Below, in pieces: positions 45,609 through 56,716 of a stretch of DNA of 64,000 nt. Numbering within the stretch: position 1 is the first letter of the stretch; every line of letters starts with the position of its first letter. Both the position numbers and the translations under genes were made by a program. Below the pieces are notes generated by a model that made no database searches, was not told the origin of the DNA, and was given only the letters and a program-made list of their open reading frames with translations. The DNA lies in the IMG/VR virus record IMGVR_UViG_3300047548_001236, positions 62,001 to 126,000 of that record. The stretch is one strand, 5' to 3'.

Positions 45609-46541
45609 ATGACCGTACCTGTAGGCAGAGCAATGCTAGCATCCCAGCTTGCTGCTACAAATAGCACAAAAATAGATCAGTTCCCTGCAAACATCGGCAC
45701 GCATGGCATGTTGATGATTTTCAATGAATATGCGTTTGAGCGTCCTGGCTCTCGACCTCTATTGAGACTACCACGCGAAACTGTATCTACCATCAACCAA
45801 TCGAGAGGAGCAGTATTGCTCCCCATACCAAATACACTGATCGATAAGTATCGTGTCCGTTTGACACAGTCAGATCTGATGAACATTTTTGGTGGTGAAA
45901 CAGCCGCTGCTGCTGCCGCAGCTGTAAAAGCACAAGGGGTAAGTGGCGCTGGTGCTGCGCTATTTATGGACGCCCAAAATGGAGTTAACACAATTGCTAA
46001 TGCTATACAGACGGGCAACCTCTCGTCGCTTGTAAGCGCTGACGATGCTCTTTTCTTGGCAAGAAGACTGTTTGGGGACAACTTCTTGCTTGGCCCTATC
46101 TCTCAAGGCGTGGGTGCTACTTTGAACCCTAAAGCGTCGCTGTTGTTTAGCGGTGTCGATCTTAAAGACTACTCATTCCAATGGACCCTTGCTCCGACAG
46201 AACAAGCCGAGTCTGAACTTCTGCGTCGAATAGTACGTCGTCTGAGAGAAAATGCCCTGCCATCATATAGCTCAGAAACAATCGCTACAAGAGTGCTGTT
46301 CAAATATCCATCAACTGTTGACATCTTTTTGCTTGGTGTTGATCCAAACCACTTTGTTAGATTCAAGACCGCCATGATTGAAAGCGTTTCAGTCAACTAC
46401 ACGCCAAACGGTCTTTCGGTGCTTAAAGGTGGGAAGCCTGCAGCAGTAGAACTGTCAATCAACTTGCAGGAAATGGATGTCCATACTGCGGATGACCAGA
46501 TTGGTGTCGACGTTCTCGATACAATCGAAAGTATAGGTTAA
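45609..46541 (+). CDS. baseplate tail-tube cap gp48
   Basis: LNPKASLLFSGVDLKDYSFQW, FKYPS, SVNYTPNG. Confidence 0.8.
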   Translation: MTVPVGRAMLASQLAATNSTKIDQFPANIGTHGMLMIFNEYAFERPGSRPLLRLPRETVSTINQSRGAVLLPIPNTLIDKYRVRLTQSDLMNIFGGETAAAAAAAVKAQGVSGAGAALFMDAQNGVNTIANAIQTGNLSSLVSADDALFLARRLFGDNFLLGPISQGVGATLNPKASLLFSGVDLKDYSFQWTLAPTEQAESELLRRIVRRLRENALPSYSSETIATRVLFKYPSTVDIFLLGVDPNHFVRFKTAMIESVSVNYTPNGLSVLKGGKPAAVELSINLQEMDVHTADDQIGVDVLDTIESIG

Positions 46542-46552
46542 GGTTATAACAG

Positions 46553-47146
46553 ATGTCATCGTATTTCAGCAACTTTCCAATCATTAGCTACAACGGCACG
46601 TCTGTCCGTGATATTGCACGACGAACGAAGTTTATCGAAACGGTGCTTTCAAACCCTTATGTGTTTCTTCCTTATACTGTTAAAGAGGGTGAGAAGCCAG
46701 AGGACATTGCATTTAATTATTATGGAACAGTTGACGCTACGTGGCTAATACTAATCGCTAATAATATGATTGACCCATACACTGATTGGCCTATGAGCTA
46801 TGATAGATTTGTCGAATTTCTGATTGAAAAGTATAGTGCTCAATCAAATAAAACGGGGTATGATGTAATAGCGTGGCTTCAAGATACTACCTCCATCGAC
46901 AACATCCTTTACTATTACAAGGTTTCCGATTCAGGTATCGAGCTAAAAGTATCGCCAGATACGTTTCCCATTTTATACAACGAGCAGAATCAGGCTGTAG
47001 GACGTGATGTATCAACGGAATGGATACCAATGAGAATATACGATTACGAAAACAATCGCAATGAGAATAGAAGAGAAATCCTGGTGGTGGAAAAACGTTA
47101 TTACGAACAGATCAATGAAGAATTCAAGGAGTTGATCGTTAAATGA
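46553..47146 (+). CDS. baseplate wedge gp53
   Basis: YFSNFP, GEKPEDIAFNYYG, WLILIANN..DPYTDWP. Confidence 0.9.
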   Translation: MSSYFSNFPIISYNGTSVRDIARRTKFIETVLSNPYVFLPYTVKEGEKPEDIAFNYYGTVDATWLILIANNMIDPYTDWPMSYDRFVEFLIEKYSAQSNKTGYDVIAWLQDTTSIDNILYYYKVSDSGIELKVSPDTFPILYNEQNQAVGRDVSTEWIPMRIYDYENNRNENRREILVVEKRYYEQINEEFKELIVK

Positions 47147-48519
47147 CGGAAAATAGCGTTACTTATGCTGGGTCATATAAACTCAAGACTGTGAAGATTT
47201 TTCCATCCGTCGCTGGCGATACCAGAGTTGCGGTCGAAATGCGTAACCTCATCCCATCGTTCACTATAATCGAATCAATGGGTGCTGACAGCATTCGTGG
47301 CAGTCTCAGTGTATCTGATGCGAGCGGTTTGCTTGAGAAGTATCCGATCCGCGGTGAAGAAAACCTCTACCTCGAAATAGAAGATTCGCTCGGTAATGTG
47401 CGAAGATACAACATGTTTGTGTACCGTGTTGATAATGTCAGGATGTCGGACAATAACGACTTGCTAACGTACACTCTACATTTCGTTTCACGTCAACGAT
47501 TTATTTCCGACTTGAGACGTGTCACCGCATCATACAACAAACCTGTCAGCGACATCGTGCAGGAGATATTTGACGCATACTGTCGAGATGTGTCAAATTC
47601 CGGTCCTCGAAGCAGAACAAATGCGACGGATGGCAATAAGCTGCTTACGGTTGAAGATACAGAGGGTAATATTAAGCTGATTATTCCACGCTTGACGCCT
47701 ATGCAAGCGTTCAAGTTTCTTGAAAGCCGTGCTTACAGTTCTACAAGCCCGACAAGCTCATTTCGTTTCTTTGAAAGCGCCGATTCTTTCTACTTCGTCA
47801 CTGATGAATATCTTGTTAACAAGGCTGCGTCTGAGGATAAGATATTTGAGTTCTCGTACGCTGCAAACCTTAACCAGAGCGCTGAATATATACTGCAGAG
47901 AATGGCAAACTTCACGTCGATGACCAACGTTTCGAGAGTCGATACGTTCGAAGATATGCACAGCGGAGCTTACAAAAACAAAGTAGTCGTTCTCGATATC
48001 GTAAATAGAGTTGCTAATGTCGTCGAACCAGCTTTCGATTACAGAACTAGCGAAGGAGCATACTTCCAACGTGGCGGTGGCGTACTCGATACTGTTGATA
48101 AGCACACCGATGAATTCGTCAATTCAGCTTTTAACGAGGAGAATGCTCGAAGGTTTCTGATGGTCAGAGACTATGTGGAAGAGGATGCAGGACAGCTCAG
48201 AGGAGAACAGTTCCTTCCTCAGATTACTTCAAACAGGCTTTCTTACTTCAACAATTTAAATGCTATAAAAGTAGCCTCGGCCAGTGCTGGTCGTCTTGAT
48301 ATTACTTGCGGTGATTTCGTTCGAATAGTGGTTCCTGAGGTGATGAACGTCAGTCAGAGTCCACAACTGAACCCGCAGTTGTCTGGTGTGTATATGGTCG
48401 AGTCGTTGACCAGAATTTTCGACAAGGATGTGTATTCAAACCAATACACTTTGGTTAAACGTAAGTGGGCTCGTCGACCCACAGGAGAAGAGACATTTTT
48501 GCTTGGAGTAGCTGAATAA
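47143..48519 (+). CDS. baseplate hub protein (gp27-like)
   Basis: PIRGEE, FFES, SGVYMV; between gp53 and gp5. Confidence 0.55.
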   Translation: MTENSVTYAGSYKLKTVKIFPSVAGDTRVAVEMRNLIPSFTIIESMGADSIRGSLSVSDASGLLEKYPIRGEENLYLEIEDSLGNVRRYNMFVYRVDNVRMSDNNDLLTYTLHFVSRQRFISDLRRVTASYNKPVSDIVQEIFDAYCRDVSNSGPRSRTNATDGNKLLTVEDTEGNIKLIIPRLTPMQAFKFLESRAYSSTSPTSSFRFFESADSFYFVTDEYLVNKAASEDKIFEFSYAANLNQSAEYILQRMANFTSMTNVSRVDTFEDMHSGAYKNKVVVLDIVNRVANVVEPAFDYRTSEGAYFQRGGGVLDTVDKHTDEFVNSAFNEENARRFLMVRDYVEEDAGQLRGEQFLPQITSNRLSYFNNLNAIKVASASAGRLDITCGDFVRIVVPEVMNVSQSPQLNPQLSGVYMVESLTRIFDKDVYSNQYTLVKRKWARRPTGEETFLLGVAE

Positions 48520-50475
48520 ATGATTGAGACAGGTGTAGGATTTCCAAACCCTTTGTTCTTCATAGGGGTGGTAGAGAACAATATTGATGAACGACTCGAA
48601 GGTCGTGTGCAGGTCCGTGCATTTGGTATCCACGGAACCAATCAAGACATTCCAACCGCTGATCTACCATGGGCTACGCTGATTATTGGTAGTCATGATG
48701 TGAACTTTACTGTTCCTCCTCTGAACGCGTGGGTGTTTGGGTTCTTTCTTGACGGTCGAGCTGCACAACAACCGTTTATACTCGGTCTAATACCTACACA
48801 ATTTACACAGATCAACGACCCAACTGTTTCTGGATGGGGCGTTTCAATAGGTAATACTGTCGACGTCAATGCACAAGGCAGCCGAGCACAAGATTTTGGA
48901 CAACCTACTCTTTCACGTCTCGCAAGGGGCGAAGATCTCGAAGAGACGTACTTGCTTCCTCTTGAGTCAACTCGCGTGCGCAACATACCAATTGCGGGTG
49001 GAGGAACTTATGCAGCGTCTGTCGACAATATGGGTGTTGCGCAAGGCGATACCGCAGTAAACGATAGTGTTGTTCCCGTTGCTTACTCGCCTGCGAACGA
49101 AGCAGAAGGTATCAGCGCTTACGGTCAACAGGCGTTGAGTGCTGCTGCTACATACGGTGTTCCACCAGACCTGTTCTTCCGCATGATTAGCCAGGAGAGC
49201 ACATGGAACCCCTCAGCCGTATCGCCGGTAGGAGCACAAGGTCTCACGCAAGTCATGCCAAACACAGCTCTCGACCCTGGCTATGGCATTGCACCAATGC
49301 CAAGTGGATGGGAAAGCGACCCACAGGCACAATTGAATTTTGGTGCACAGTACCTGAGTGTGATGTATGACAAATACGGAAGCTGGGACCTTGCGCTAGC
49401 AGCCTACAATGCTGGTCCTGGAAGCGTCGATAATGCTGGCGGTGTTCCAAACAACGCCGAAACGCAAAACTACGTTGCAACCATTCACGGAGGGTGGTTA
49501 GAAGCGGGTGCTCCAACTGATGGTCTCTCATCAAGGTATGCTGGAGTTGTTGGATCGACGGTCGATCCTGGCGCAGGTGCTCCTGTAACACCGACAGCAA
49601 CGCCAGTATCGGCAGGTGCGCCAGGCACTGCGGGATCACGTCCTTATGCAACTTGGGATGAACCGTCTGTAGCATATAACGCTGAGTATCCTTACAACCG
49701 TGTGATTGAAACGGGTAGCGGTCACGTAATTGAGCTCGACGATACGCCAGGCGTTGAACGGATTATGATCTACCACAAAAACGGATCGTATATTCAAATG
49801 TCACCGACGACGACAACAATCAAGTCGCCTCATGACATGTATAATGTCAACGAGAAAAATTATCACATGTATGTCGGTGGAACTAATATCGTGACTATCG
49901 AAAAAGATTGTCATGTGTTGGTCAAGGGTAACAAGATCGAAGAAATCATGGGTGACTATGTTCAGATTGTTCACGGAAACCACTACGTTGGTGTTGCAGG
50001 TCAAATGAATATGAACGGCGGTGAGCAAGGTCAGATACGAGCTGCAAACCTTGTGCTTGAGTCTAATGTCGAAAATCTCAACATAAAGACTGGTAAAACC
50101 ATCAGGTTTGAATCGGGTGAAGCGATCCACTTTAAATCAAAGAACCTGTTCATGCAAGGCGCAGAAGGTGTCAATATCAAAGGCGAGAATCTGATTTTCT
50201 CATCCTCAGCGACAACAAGCGTGAAAGCAGAAACGGGAATATTTGAGGCTTCTGGGAATTTCAGTATCAAGGCTGACCACGCTCTTGTTGGTGGCGGACA
50301 GCTTGTTAGTATCAACGCGTCCACCGTTGCCATCGACCAAGAAGTGAAGCTGTCGCAAGGAATGGCTGGTGATCCAGAAGGATCAGAAGAGGCAGCAGAT
50401 GCAGAAGCAGCACGTCCTGTCGAAGCGCCACCACCACCACCAAGATCAATATCCACTACAACCACGTTAGTGTGA
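48520..50475 (+). CDS. baseplate hub/cell-puncturing protein gp5 with SLT transglycosylase domain
   Basis: OB-fold GRVQVR..G.H..LPWA; SLT QES..GAQGLTQVM..AAYNAG; EYPYNRV.ETGSGHVIELDDTPG. Confidence 0.9.
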   Translation: MIETGVGFPNPLFFIGVVENNIDERLEGRVQVRAFGIHGTNQDIPTADLPWATLIIGSHDVNFTVPPLNAWVFGFFLDGRAAQQPFILGLIPTQFTQINDPTVSGWGVSIGNTVDVNAQGSRAQDFGQPTLSRLARGEDLEETYLLPLESTRVRNIPIAGGGTYAASVDNMGVAQGDTAVNDSVVPVAYSPANEAEGISAYGQQALSAAATYGVPPDLFFRMISQESTWNPSAVSPVGAQGLTQVMPNTALDPGYGIAPMPSGWESDPQAQLNFGAQYLSVMYDKYGSWDLALAAYNAGPGSVDNAGGVPNNAETQNYVATIHGGWLEAGAPTDGLSSRYAGVVGSTVDPGAGAPVTPTATPVSAGAPGTAGSRPYATWDEPSVAYNAEYPYNRVIETGSGHVIELDDTPGVERIMIYHKNGSYIQMSPTTTTIKSPHDMYNVNEKNYHMYVGGTNIVTIEKDCHVLVKGNKIEEIMGDYVQIVHGNHYVGVAGQMNMNGGEQGQIRAANLVLESNVENLNIKTGKTIRFESGEAIHFKSKNLFMQGAEGVNIKGENLIFSSSATTSVKAETGIFEASGNFSIKADHALVGGGQLVSINASTVAIDQEVKLSQGMAGDPEGSEEAADAEAARPVEAPPPPPRSISTTTTLV

Positions 50476-50484
50476 GGAATATAG

Positions 50485-52056
50485 ATGACAACAAGTTGCG
50501 AAATCAAACAGCAAAACGCATTCGATGACTTCTTGGGACAGAACGTCACTGGCGATCCATATATTAACTCACCCTTCTACGATAAGATCGAGCCTCTGTT
50601 CAAGAAGTATCAACAATCGGTGTCTGGCGATTCGAACAGAGAATTGGACAACCAGTTGCTTGTGTCGAATACAGCGAAGATAAACGAATTCTTTGCTAAT
50701 GAAATTACAAGTAACACGAACTTTGGTACACTATACCCAAACCTTGTTGAGCGGATCAACACGACAACCTTTATCACACCGGCAGAGGTGCAAACTGTAA
50801 TTGACACATCGTTTCTGACTCTCGATACAGCAGGCGATTATGTGATACCATACAACCCAACATTACCTACCCTGTTTAACGACTATTACAGTCCTGGCCA
50901 ATTCAGTGGTTCAGGAATGAAATCGTTTTGCGACCTCGTTCCAAACATATTTGCAGCTTATACCGATCTGATGAATGCGTTTAACGACATCAAGGCGTTT
51001 GCTGGGAAAATAACAAGCATTCTTTCAGCCATTCAAGATTTTTCACTCGCGGGGCTGATTGAATCGCTTAAGCAGCAGGCTCTGCAGGTGGTTGATCAAA
51101 TTGTTGGAAAAATCAAAGCCAAAATTGCACAGATCACAGGACTGTTTACGAGAATCTCCAATTTTAGATTCAACACAGATAACGTATACTCCAAGATGAA
51201 CGCTGAGAAGCAAAAAATAGATGAGCTCGTTTCCGATCCTTCGATCGATAATCTCAAGGGTGCTATTGAAGGTGCAATTGCTTTTGCGTCATCTCTGTTC
51301 GAAGCTCTTAATATCGAGGAGATTCAGTTCATTATTTTGAGATTCTGCGAACTTATCAGCGGTATTGAGAATTTCTTCGACGACCTAATCCGTCCTATAC
51401 AAGAGCTGCCTGACAGCTTTAGAAGCTCGTTCAATTTCCTGCAGGCTGCAAACTATTCAGCAGCAGCTCGTGCATCACACGCTGGCGCTTTCAGACTACC
51501 GTCAGAGCAGCGAGCGGCGGCTGCTCAACAGTTACAAACGATGCCCGCTACGATTGTCGGTGGCGATGGTGCTTTGTTTGGTGATGAAGGGTTTGTGGTT
51601 CCTGGTGGTATTGCTGTCAGAAGAAGAACGTATAAGATCAATCCAATAACGCCAGAAGAAATGGATATACTATTGAACCAGTTGACGTTCGAGCAAGTCA
51701 AAGCAGGAACTACGTATATCAAACTTCGAACAGACACAAATTCATTCAACGGATTCCCCGAACCGAAGTCCAGAATTTGGACGTACGTGCGCGACGTTGA
51801 GAAGATTATGTTGTATCGACTAGGTAAGAAAATCAATAGTCAAATAGCAATCAATAGCGCTTTTAGAACGACTGGCGCTGATGCCAGCTGGCACAAATCA
51901 GGACAGGCGTTTGACATCACAATATCATCTGTTGGAATGGACATGAATGCTTTTACACAGTATGCAAGATCTGAAGGTTTTGGTGCTGTGCAACCTTATT
52001 ACAGTGAAGGGTTTGTTCATATAGATACTGGTCCAATTCGTAGCTGGAAAACATAA
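50485..52056 (+). CDS. virion protein with C-terminal peptidase M15 domain
   Basis: INSAFR, SWHKSGQAFDI, FVHID. Confidence 0.75.
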   Translation: MTTSCEIKQQNAFDDFLGQNVTGDPYINSPFYDKIEPLFKKYQQSVSGDSNRELDNQLLVSNTAKINEFFANEITSNTNFGTLYPNLVERINTTTFITPAEVQTVIDTSFLTLDTAGDYVIPYNPTLPTLFNDYYSPGQFSGSGMKSFCDLVPNIFAAYTDLMNAFNDIKAFAGKITSILSAIQDFSLAGLIESLKQQALQVVDQIVGKIKAKIAQITGLFTRISNFRFNTDNVYSKMNAEKQKIDELVSDPSIDNLKGAIEGAIAFASSLFEALNIEEIQFIILRFCELISGIENFFDDLIRPIQELPDSFRSSFNFLQAANYSAAARASHAGAFRLPSEQRAAAAQQLQTMPATIVGGDGALFGDEGFVVPGGIAVRRRTYKINPITPEEMDILLNQLTFEQVKAGTTYIKLRTDTNSFNGFPEPKSRIWTYVRDVEKIMLYRLGKKINSQIAINSAFRTTGADASWHKSGQAFDITISSVGMDMNAFTQYARSEGFGAVQPYYSEGFVHIDTGPIRSWKT

Positions 52057-52071
52057 ATAGGAATAAAACAA

Positions 52072-52488
52072 ATGGCGATAGACCTTCTCACCCCCAACAC
52101 CAAGAAGCTGACGGTATACTCGGATTTCCGCAAGGATCTGATGATGAATCCGTTGACGAAAGACGTTGTGGCACGTCTCAACGAAGATGCCGTCAAAGAA
52201 GCTCTAAAGAATTTGATTCTAACAAATAAAGGGGAAAGGCTGTTTCAACCATACCTGGGCAGTGATGTGCAAAAGTCGCTGTTTGATAATATGACCCCTG
52301 CTACAGTCAAGATGATTGAGCAGAATGTTAGATCGACTATAAATAACTTTGAACCAAGGGTCACACTGATTGATGTGCAGGTGATTGCAGACCCAGACAA
52401 CTACAAAGTGCAAATCAACATATCATTCTACGTTCGCAACGTTCAGGAGCCTGTCACAGTCTCCATATTCCTGGAACGCGTAAGGTGA
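52072..52488 (+). CDS. baseplate wedge gp25
   Basis: YSDF, LKNLILTNKGERLFQP, FEPRV. Confidence 0.93.
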   Translation: MAIDLLTPNTKKLTVYSDFRKDLMMNPLTKDVVARLNEDAVKEALKNLILTNKGERLFQPYLGSDVQKSLFDNMTPATVKMIEQNVRSTINNFEPRVTLIDVQVIADPDNYKVQINISFYVRNVQEPVTVSIFLERVR

Positions 52489-52519
52489 ATCGTTAAACAC
52501 GGGATTTCGAGGATAATAC

Positions 52520-54289
52520 ATGGCACAGACCCCTATCGTTGAGTTAGATTTCTTTCGAATCAAGGATCAGTTGAAGGCTTATCTGAAAGGACAGAGCCAG
52601 TTCAAAGACTATGATTTTGAAGGATCCAACATGTCCGTATTGCTGGACGTGTTGGCGTATAACACATATCAAAACAACTTCTACACTAACATGGCTATCA
52701 GCGAGATGTTCCTCGACTCGGCTCAGCTGACCAGCTCTGTAATGTCTCACGCCAAGGAGTTGAACTACCTTCCTAAATCTGCGACGTCCGCGAGAGCAGA
52801 AGTCAATCTTAGAATTACTGCCAATCTAAACAACGTAGCCAACATTTCAATTCCTGCAGGACAGAAGTTCACAACAACGTACAATGGCAGCGTTTACAAC
52901 TTCTACACAAGTCAAACACACATTGCAAACCTTAAAGCTGGGTCTTCTGAGTTGTACGAGGCTTTGTGTATTCCTGTGTACGAAGGTGAATTGGTTGAGG
53001 AGGTGTTTTACTTGACAGACACTAATTCGACGCTGGCTATATCAAACGAAAACGTTGACATTAGCAGCATACGCGTATTTGTCAATAACCGATCTGAGGA
53101 ATACCAGTTCAGGTCAAATATATTCGGTGTTCAACCAGATGAAAATGTATTCTACATTGAGCCGACACTGACAGGTGGTTATGGTATAACGTTTGGACGC
53201 AATGCGTTTGGAAAGCAACCTTCGTTTAATGAAGACATCAGAGTAACATACCGTGTTTGCTCTGGCGATGCTCCTAACGGTGCATCGAAGTTTACAACAT
53301 TGTTCACATACCCAACCTACGTCACGACGTTTAGTTCCGCGTCTGGTGGCGGTGATAAAGAAACAATCAGCAGCGTTAAGTATTTTGCTCCTAAGTCTAT
53401 ACAAACGCAAGAGCGTGCTGTTACTGCACGTGATTACGAAACTCTTCTCCGCAAGGAGTTTGGTAGCAGCGTGATCAAGTCTGTAAGTGTATATGGTGGA
53501 GACGAAATGGATCCTCCTCGATATGGTAAAGTTGCAATATCGATTAACCCATTTGAAGGAACGACGATTTCCGATGGATTCAAAACATCTGTCGTTTCTT
53601 TCCTCGCTGACAAAACCCCGTTACCAATTCAGCCTGTGTTTGTCGACCCTGGATTCCTTTACGCAAAAGTCGACGTCAACGTATATTATACGAGAAAGCT
53701 AACTGCAAAGTCTCCAGCTGAAATTGAAAGTCTTGTACGTGAAGCTGTACAGACGTATAGCTCGACATACCTGGAAGATTTCGGGTCGGTTCTCCAACTA
53801 TCCCGTCTATCCAAAATGATCGACGATGTTGATACCGGCATCATGAGCAACACAATTGAAGCCAATCCAATTATCGATTACTCGCCTCCCACAATTTTGA
53901 AACAAAACCCACAGTTCAAGTTTGAGACGCCGTTGATCGTTCCATATCCTTTTGATGCTAATGAGGATATTACAACGTATATCCCTGCAATCAAGAGTTC
54001 ACCGTATGTGTTCAATGGAATTGACGTGTTCTTCCAGGACGATGGTCGCGGTAACATCATCACTCTCAGCAACAACCTACAAGCCCTACAAGTACTGAAC
54101 CCTGTTATCGGCACGGTCGATTACAATACCGGTCTTCTGAAACTTGTAAACTTTACAACTGAGGGTTATACGGGACCAGCAATCAAGATTTATGCAAATA
54201 CACAAGATAAAAACATCACGTCACCCAAGAGCCGCGTTTTTGCGATACGCGATTCAGACGTCACCATCAACATGATTGAGAAGTTGTAA
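52520..54289 (+). CDS. baseplate wedge gp6
   Basis: ELDFFRIK, DYDFEGS, LDVLAYNT, LDSAQL, QERAVTARDY. Confidence 0.93.
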   Translation: MAQTPIVELDFFRIKDQLKAYLKGQSQFKDYDFEGSNMSVLLDVLAYNTYQNNFYTNMAISEMFLDSAQLTSSVMSHAKELNYLPKSATSARAEVNLRITANLNNVANISIPAGQKFTTTYNGSVYNFYTSQTHIANLKAGSSELYEALCIPVYEGELVEEVFYLTDTNSTLAISNENVDISSIRVFVNNRSEEYQFRSNIFGVQPDENVFYIEPTLTGGYGITFGRNAFGKQPSFNEDIRVTYRVCSGDAPNGASKFTTLFTYPTYVTTFSSASGGGDKETISSVKYFAPKSIQTQERAVTARDYETLLRKEFGSSVIKSVSVYGGDEMDPPRYGKVAISINPFEGTTISDGFKTSVVSFLADKTPLPIQPVFVDPGFLYAKVDVNVYYTRKLTAKSPAEIESLVREAVQTYSSTYLEDFGSVLQLSRLSKMIDDVDTGIMSNTIEANPIIDYSPPTILKQNPQFKFETPLIVPYPFDANEDITTYIPAIKSSPYVFNGIDVFFQDDGRGNIITLSNNLQALQVLNPVIGTVDYNTGLLKLVNFTTEGYTGPAIKIYANTQDKNITSPKSRVFAIRDSDVTINMIEKL

Positions 54290-56715
54290 TGGACGTAACA
54301 AAGTACATCTCACACCAGATTCAAAGTCAATTTCCTGCAATCTATCAGCAGGACGGTCCCGAACTGGTTGATTTTGTCAGAAGGTATTACGAGTTCCTTG
54401 AAAAGGATGTGACAGGATATTATCTGACAGGATACGTATACGACTCCAATTCAGAGAAATCGTATTTTTCTACGCGATACAATACTTACAGTGAAGCTCT
54501 ACAGGCCCTGCAAACACTGCAGCTCAACACCGATTACAAAGACCTAAAAATCACAAATGTAGCTCCGCAGACAACGTATCACAATCGTAGGTTGTTTGAC
54601 TATGGTGATATTGATAACACGCTCGAAAGTATGTTGAGGTTTTACAAAAATAAGTACCTCGATAGTCTGCCTTTCAAAGATACAGACATTCGTTTCATTG
54701 TCAAGCATATCCTAGACTTCTACCGCAGAAAAGGTTCGCGTGAAGGGCTTGAGCTATTCTTTCGTTTGTTCTACAACGAGAACAGCTCTGTATACTATCC
54801 CAGTCAGAATATAATAAAACCATCGTCGTCAATATGGAAGTCTTCGCAATACCTTGAGCTACAACCTCAGAACGTTGAGATTCTCAGAGACGTCAAAAGA
54901 CTATCGATATACGGTTCTGTATCCGGTGCGACCGCCGTGATCGATAGAGTGTCATACGCTATCGTAGGCAATACGTTCGTCCCTGTGATATATCTTTCAA
55001 ACGTCAAAGGCAACTTTGTTGCATACGACGATATTGTAAGCAATGGCCAGTCGTTGGGGATTGTGAGAGGATCACTTGGAGGTGTTACGATATCTAACAC
55101 CGACGTGCAGGTAGGAACATCGAACAATTTTATTGGCGATGTCGTTAATATATCTAGTGCGACAGGGTATTCTGCCAAAGGCCGAGTTGTGGATGTAAGC
55201 TCGGAAATTTCCGGCGAGATTTCTTTTGTGATTAACGACGGCGGTTTTGGTTACACAACCACAAACACTGCCATCATTTTGTCAGATCAGTCTTTGTTTA
55301 TTAACGACTCCAGTGTGGAGTTTGTGATTCAAGAAAGAGTTCGACAAAACAGTAACGGTGCTTTGGGGACAATCGTTGGTCAAAAATCTGTTTCATCGGA
55401 TACAGTTGCTGTTGGAGTGCTGCTTTCAAGCTCAAACACGTTCACGACTGGAGGTACTATTACCACAGTTGATCGACCTGTAAATATATCAAGAACACTA
55501 CAATTTGCTAGTCCCCGTAACACGTCAGCCAACGCTCAAATCGGGGATGACCTCGTTAACGTTCAAACCATTTCAGTAATCGTTGATATCATCGGCGACT
55601 TCCTAGACGTTCCGCTAAACTCTAGCAACTACTCAAACATGCCACCTGCGAAAACGAGAATGAGCGGTAACGCTCCATTTGGAAATCCACCAATTACGAT
55701 CAACACTGCTCTTAAAGACGCGTTTGTTCCTCAGGTACTGCAGATTGGAACAATAACAGGTCTGAAAAACGTCGATCCGGGGGTTGACTATGTTAACGAC
55801 GTTTTTGTACTCGCAAAAGACAATATTATATCAAGATTTAATCTTTCAAACCAAGTGATCAACTTCAACCCGTTGAGTACAACCGGAATTGAAGTTGGAG
55901 ATATAATTGTTCAGAACGATCCAACGATCAACGGAACGAATAGAGATATTCGAGGGATAGTAAGGGCACGTACTGGTGACTTTATTGAGGTGATGCAGCT
56001 GTCATTCAAAGGGTTTACTATCAACGACATTTACATTGAAGGTCAAGATGCTCCAATTGAGGTGTACAATGTTCAAAGAGACTACACCACTCTTCCTCTC
56101 GGATTAAACGCCTCTATTGACGGGTTTGTTGTTTCGGCGATCGGTAAGATCCAAACCGTTGATGTATTCGATAGTGGGTTTGGTTTTGTTGATGGTACAC
56201 GTGTGACTATGACTAACGACACAAAAATTCAAGCTGCGCGAGCAAATCTCGAATCAGCCCTTCGCAACCCTGCATCCACACAACAACAAATCCAACAGCT
56301 GGAAAACGTGCTTAGTATTCTGGAGAATACCATCGTGGCTCAGGGAACTGCGAACGCCTTAGTACAAGGACGTTCAGCAGGCGTGTGGGAAAGCAAGACT
56401 TCGCATCTAAACTCTAAACAAGTGCTACAAGACAGCGACTTCTACCAAGATTTCTCGTATCAAATTGCTACCAAGCTAAATCCTACGTCATATGCTACCA
56501 CTCTGCGAGACCTCGCACACGTCGCAGGAACGAAGGCGTTTTACAAATTTGGTTTGGAAGAAGAAATAAATACAGGGATAAGTGTTGACACAGAACTTGT
56601 ATTGTATGTTTCGACCGCAGTGGAAATCACCAGTGAGGATCAAAACACTATCATAACCGAAGACGAACGTATGATCAGCGGCATACAATATCGAAAAACC
56701 ATATTGAAGGTGTAA
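54289..56715 (+). CDS. baseplate wedge initiator gp7
   Basis: SQFPAIY, FYRRKGS, LQDSDFYQDFSY, HVAGTK. Confidence 0.8.
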   Translation: MDVTKYISHQIQSQFPAIYQQDGPELVDFVRRYYEFLEKDVTGYYLTGYVYDSNSEKSYFSTRYNTYSEALQALQTLQLNTDYKDLKITNVAPQTTYHNRRLFDYGDIDNTLESMLRFYKNKYLDSLPFKDTDIRFIVKHILDFYRRKGSREGLELFFRLFYNENSSVYYPSQNIIKPSSSIWKSSQYLELQPQNVEILRDVKRLSIYGSVSGATAVIDRVSYAIVGNTFVPVIYLSNVKGNFVAYDDIVSNGQSLGIVRGSLGGVTISNTDVQVGTSNNFIGDVVNISSATGYSAKGRVVDVSSEISGEISFVINDGGFGYTTTNTAIILSDQSLFINDSSVEFVIQERVRQNSNGALGTIVGQKSVSSDTVAVGVLLSSSNTFTTGGTITTVDRPVNISRTLQFASPRNTSANAQIGDDLVNVQTISVIVDIIGDFLDVPLNSSNYSNMPPAKTRMSGNAPFGNPPITINTALKDAFVPQVLQIGTITGLKNVDPGVDYVNDVFVLAKDNIISRFNLSNQVINFNPLSTTGIEVGDIIVQNDPTINGTNRDIRGIVRARTGDFIEVMQLSFKGFTINDIYIEGQDAPIEVYNVQRDYTTLPLGLNASIDGFVVSAIGKIQTVDVFDSGFGFVDGTRVTMTNDTKIQAARANLESALRNPASTQQQIQQLENVLSILENTIVAQGTANALVQGRSAGVWESKTSHLNSKQVLQDSDFYQDFSYQIATKLNPTSYATTLRDLAHVAGTKAFYKFGLEEEINTGISVDTELVLYVSTAVEITSEDQNTIITEDERMISGIQYRKTILKV

Positions 56716-56716
56716 G

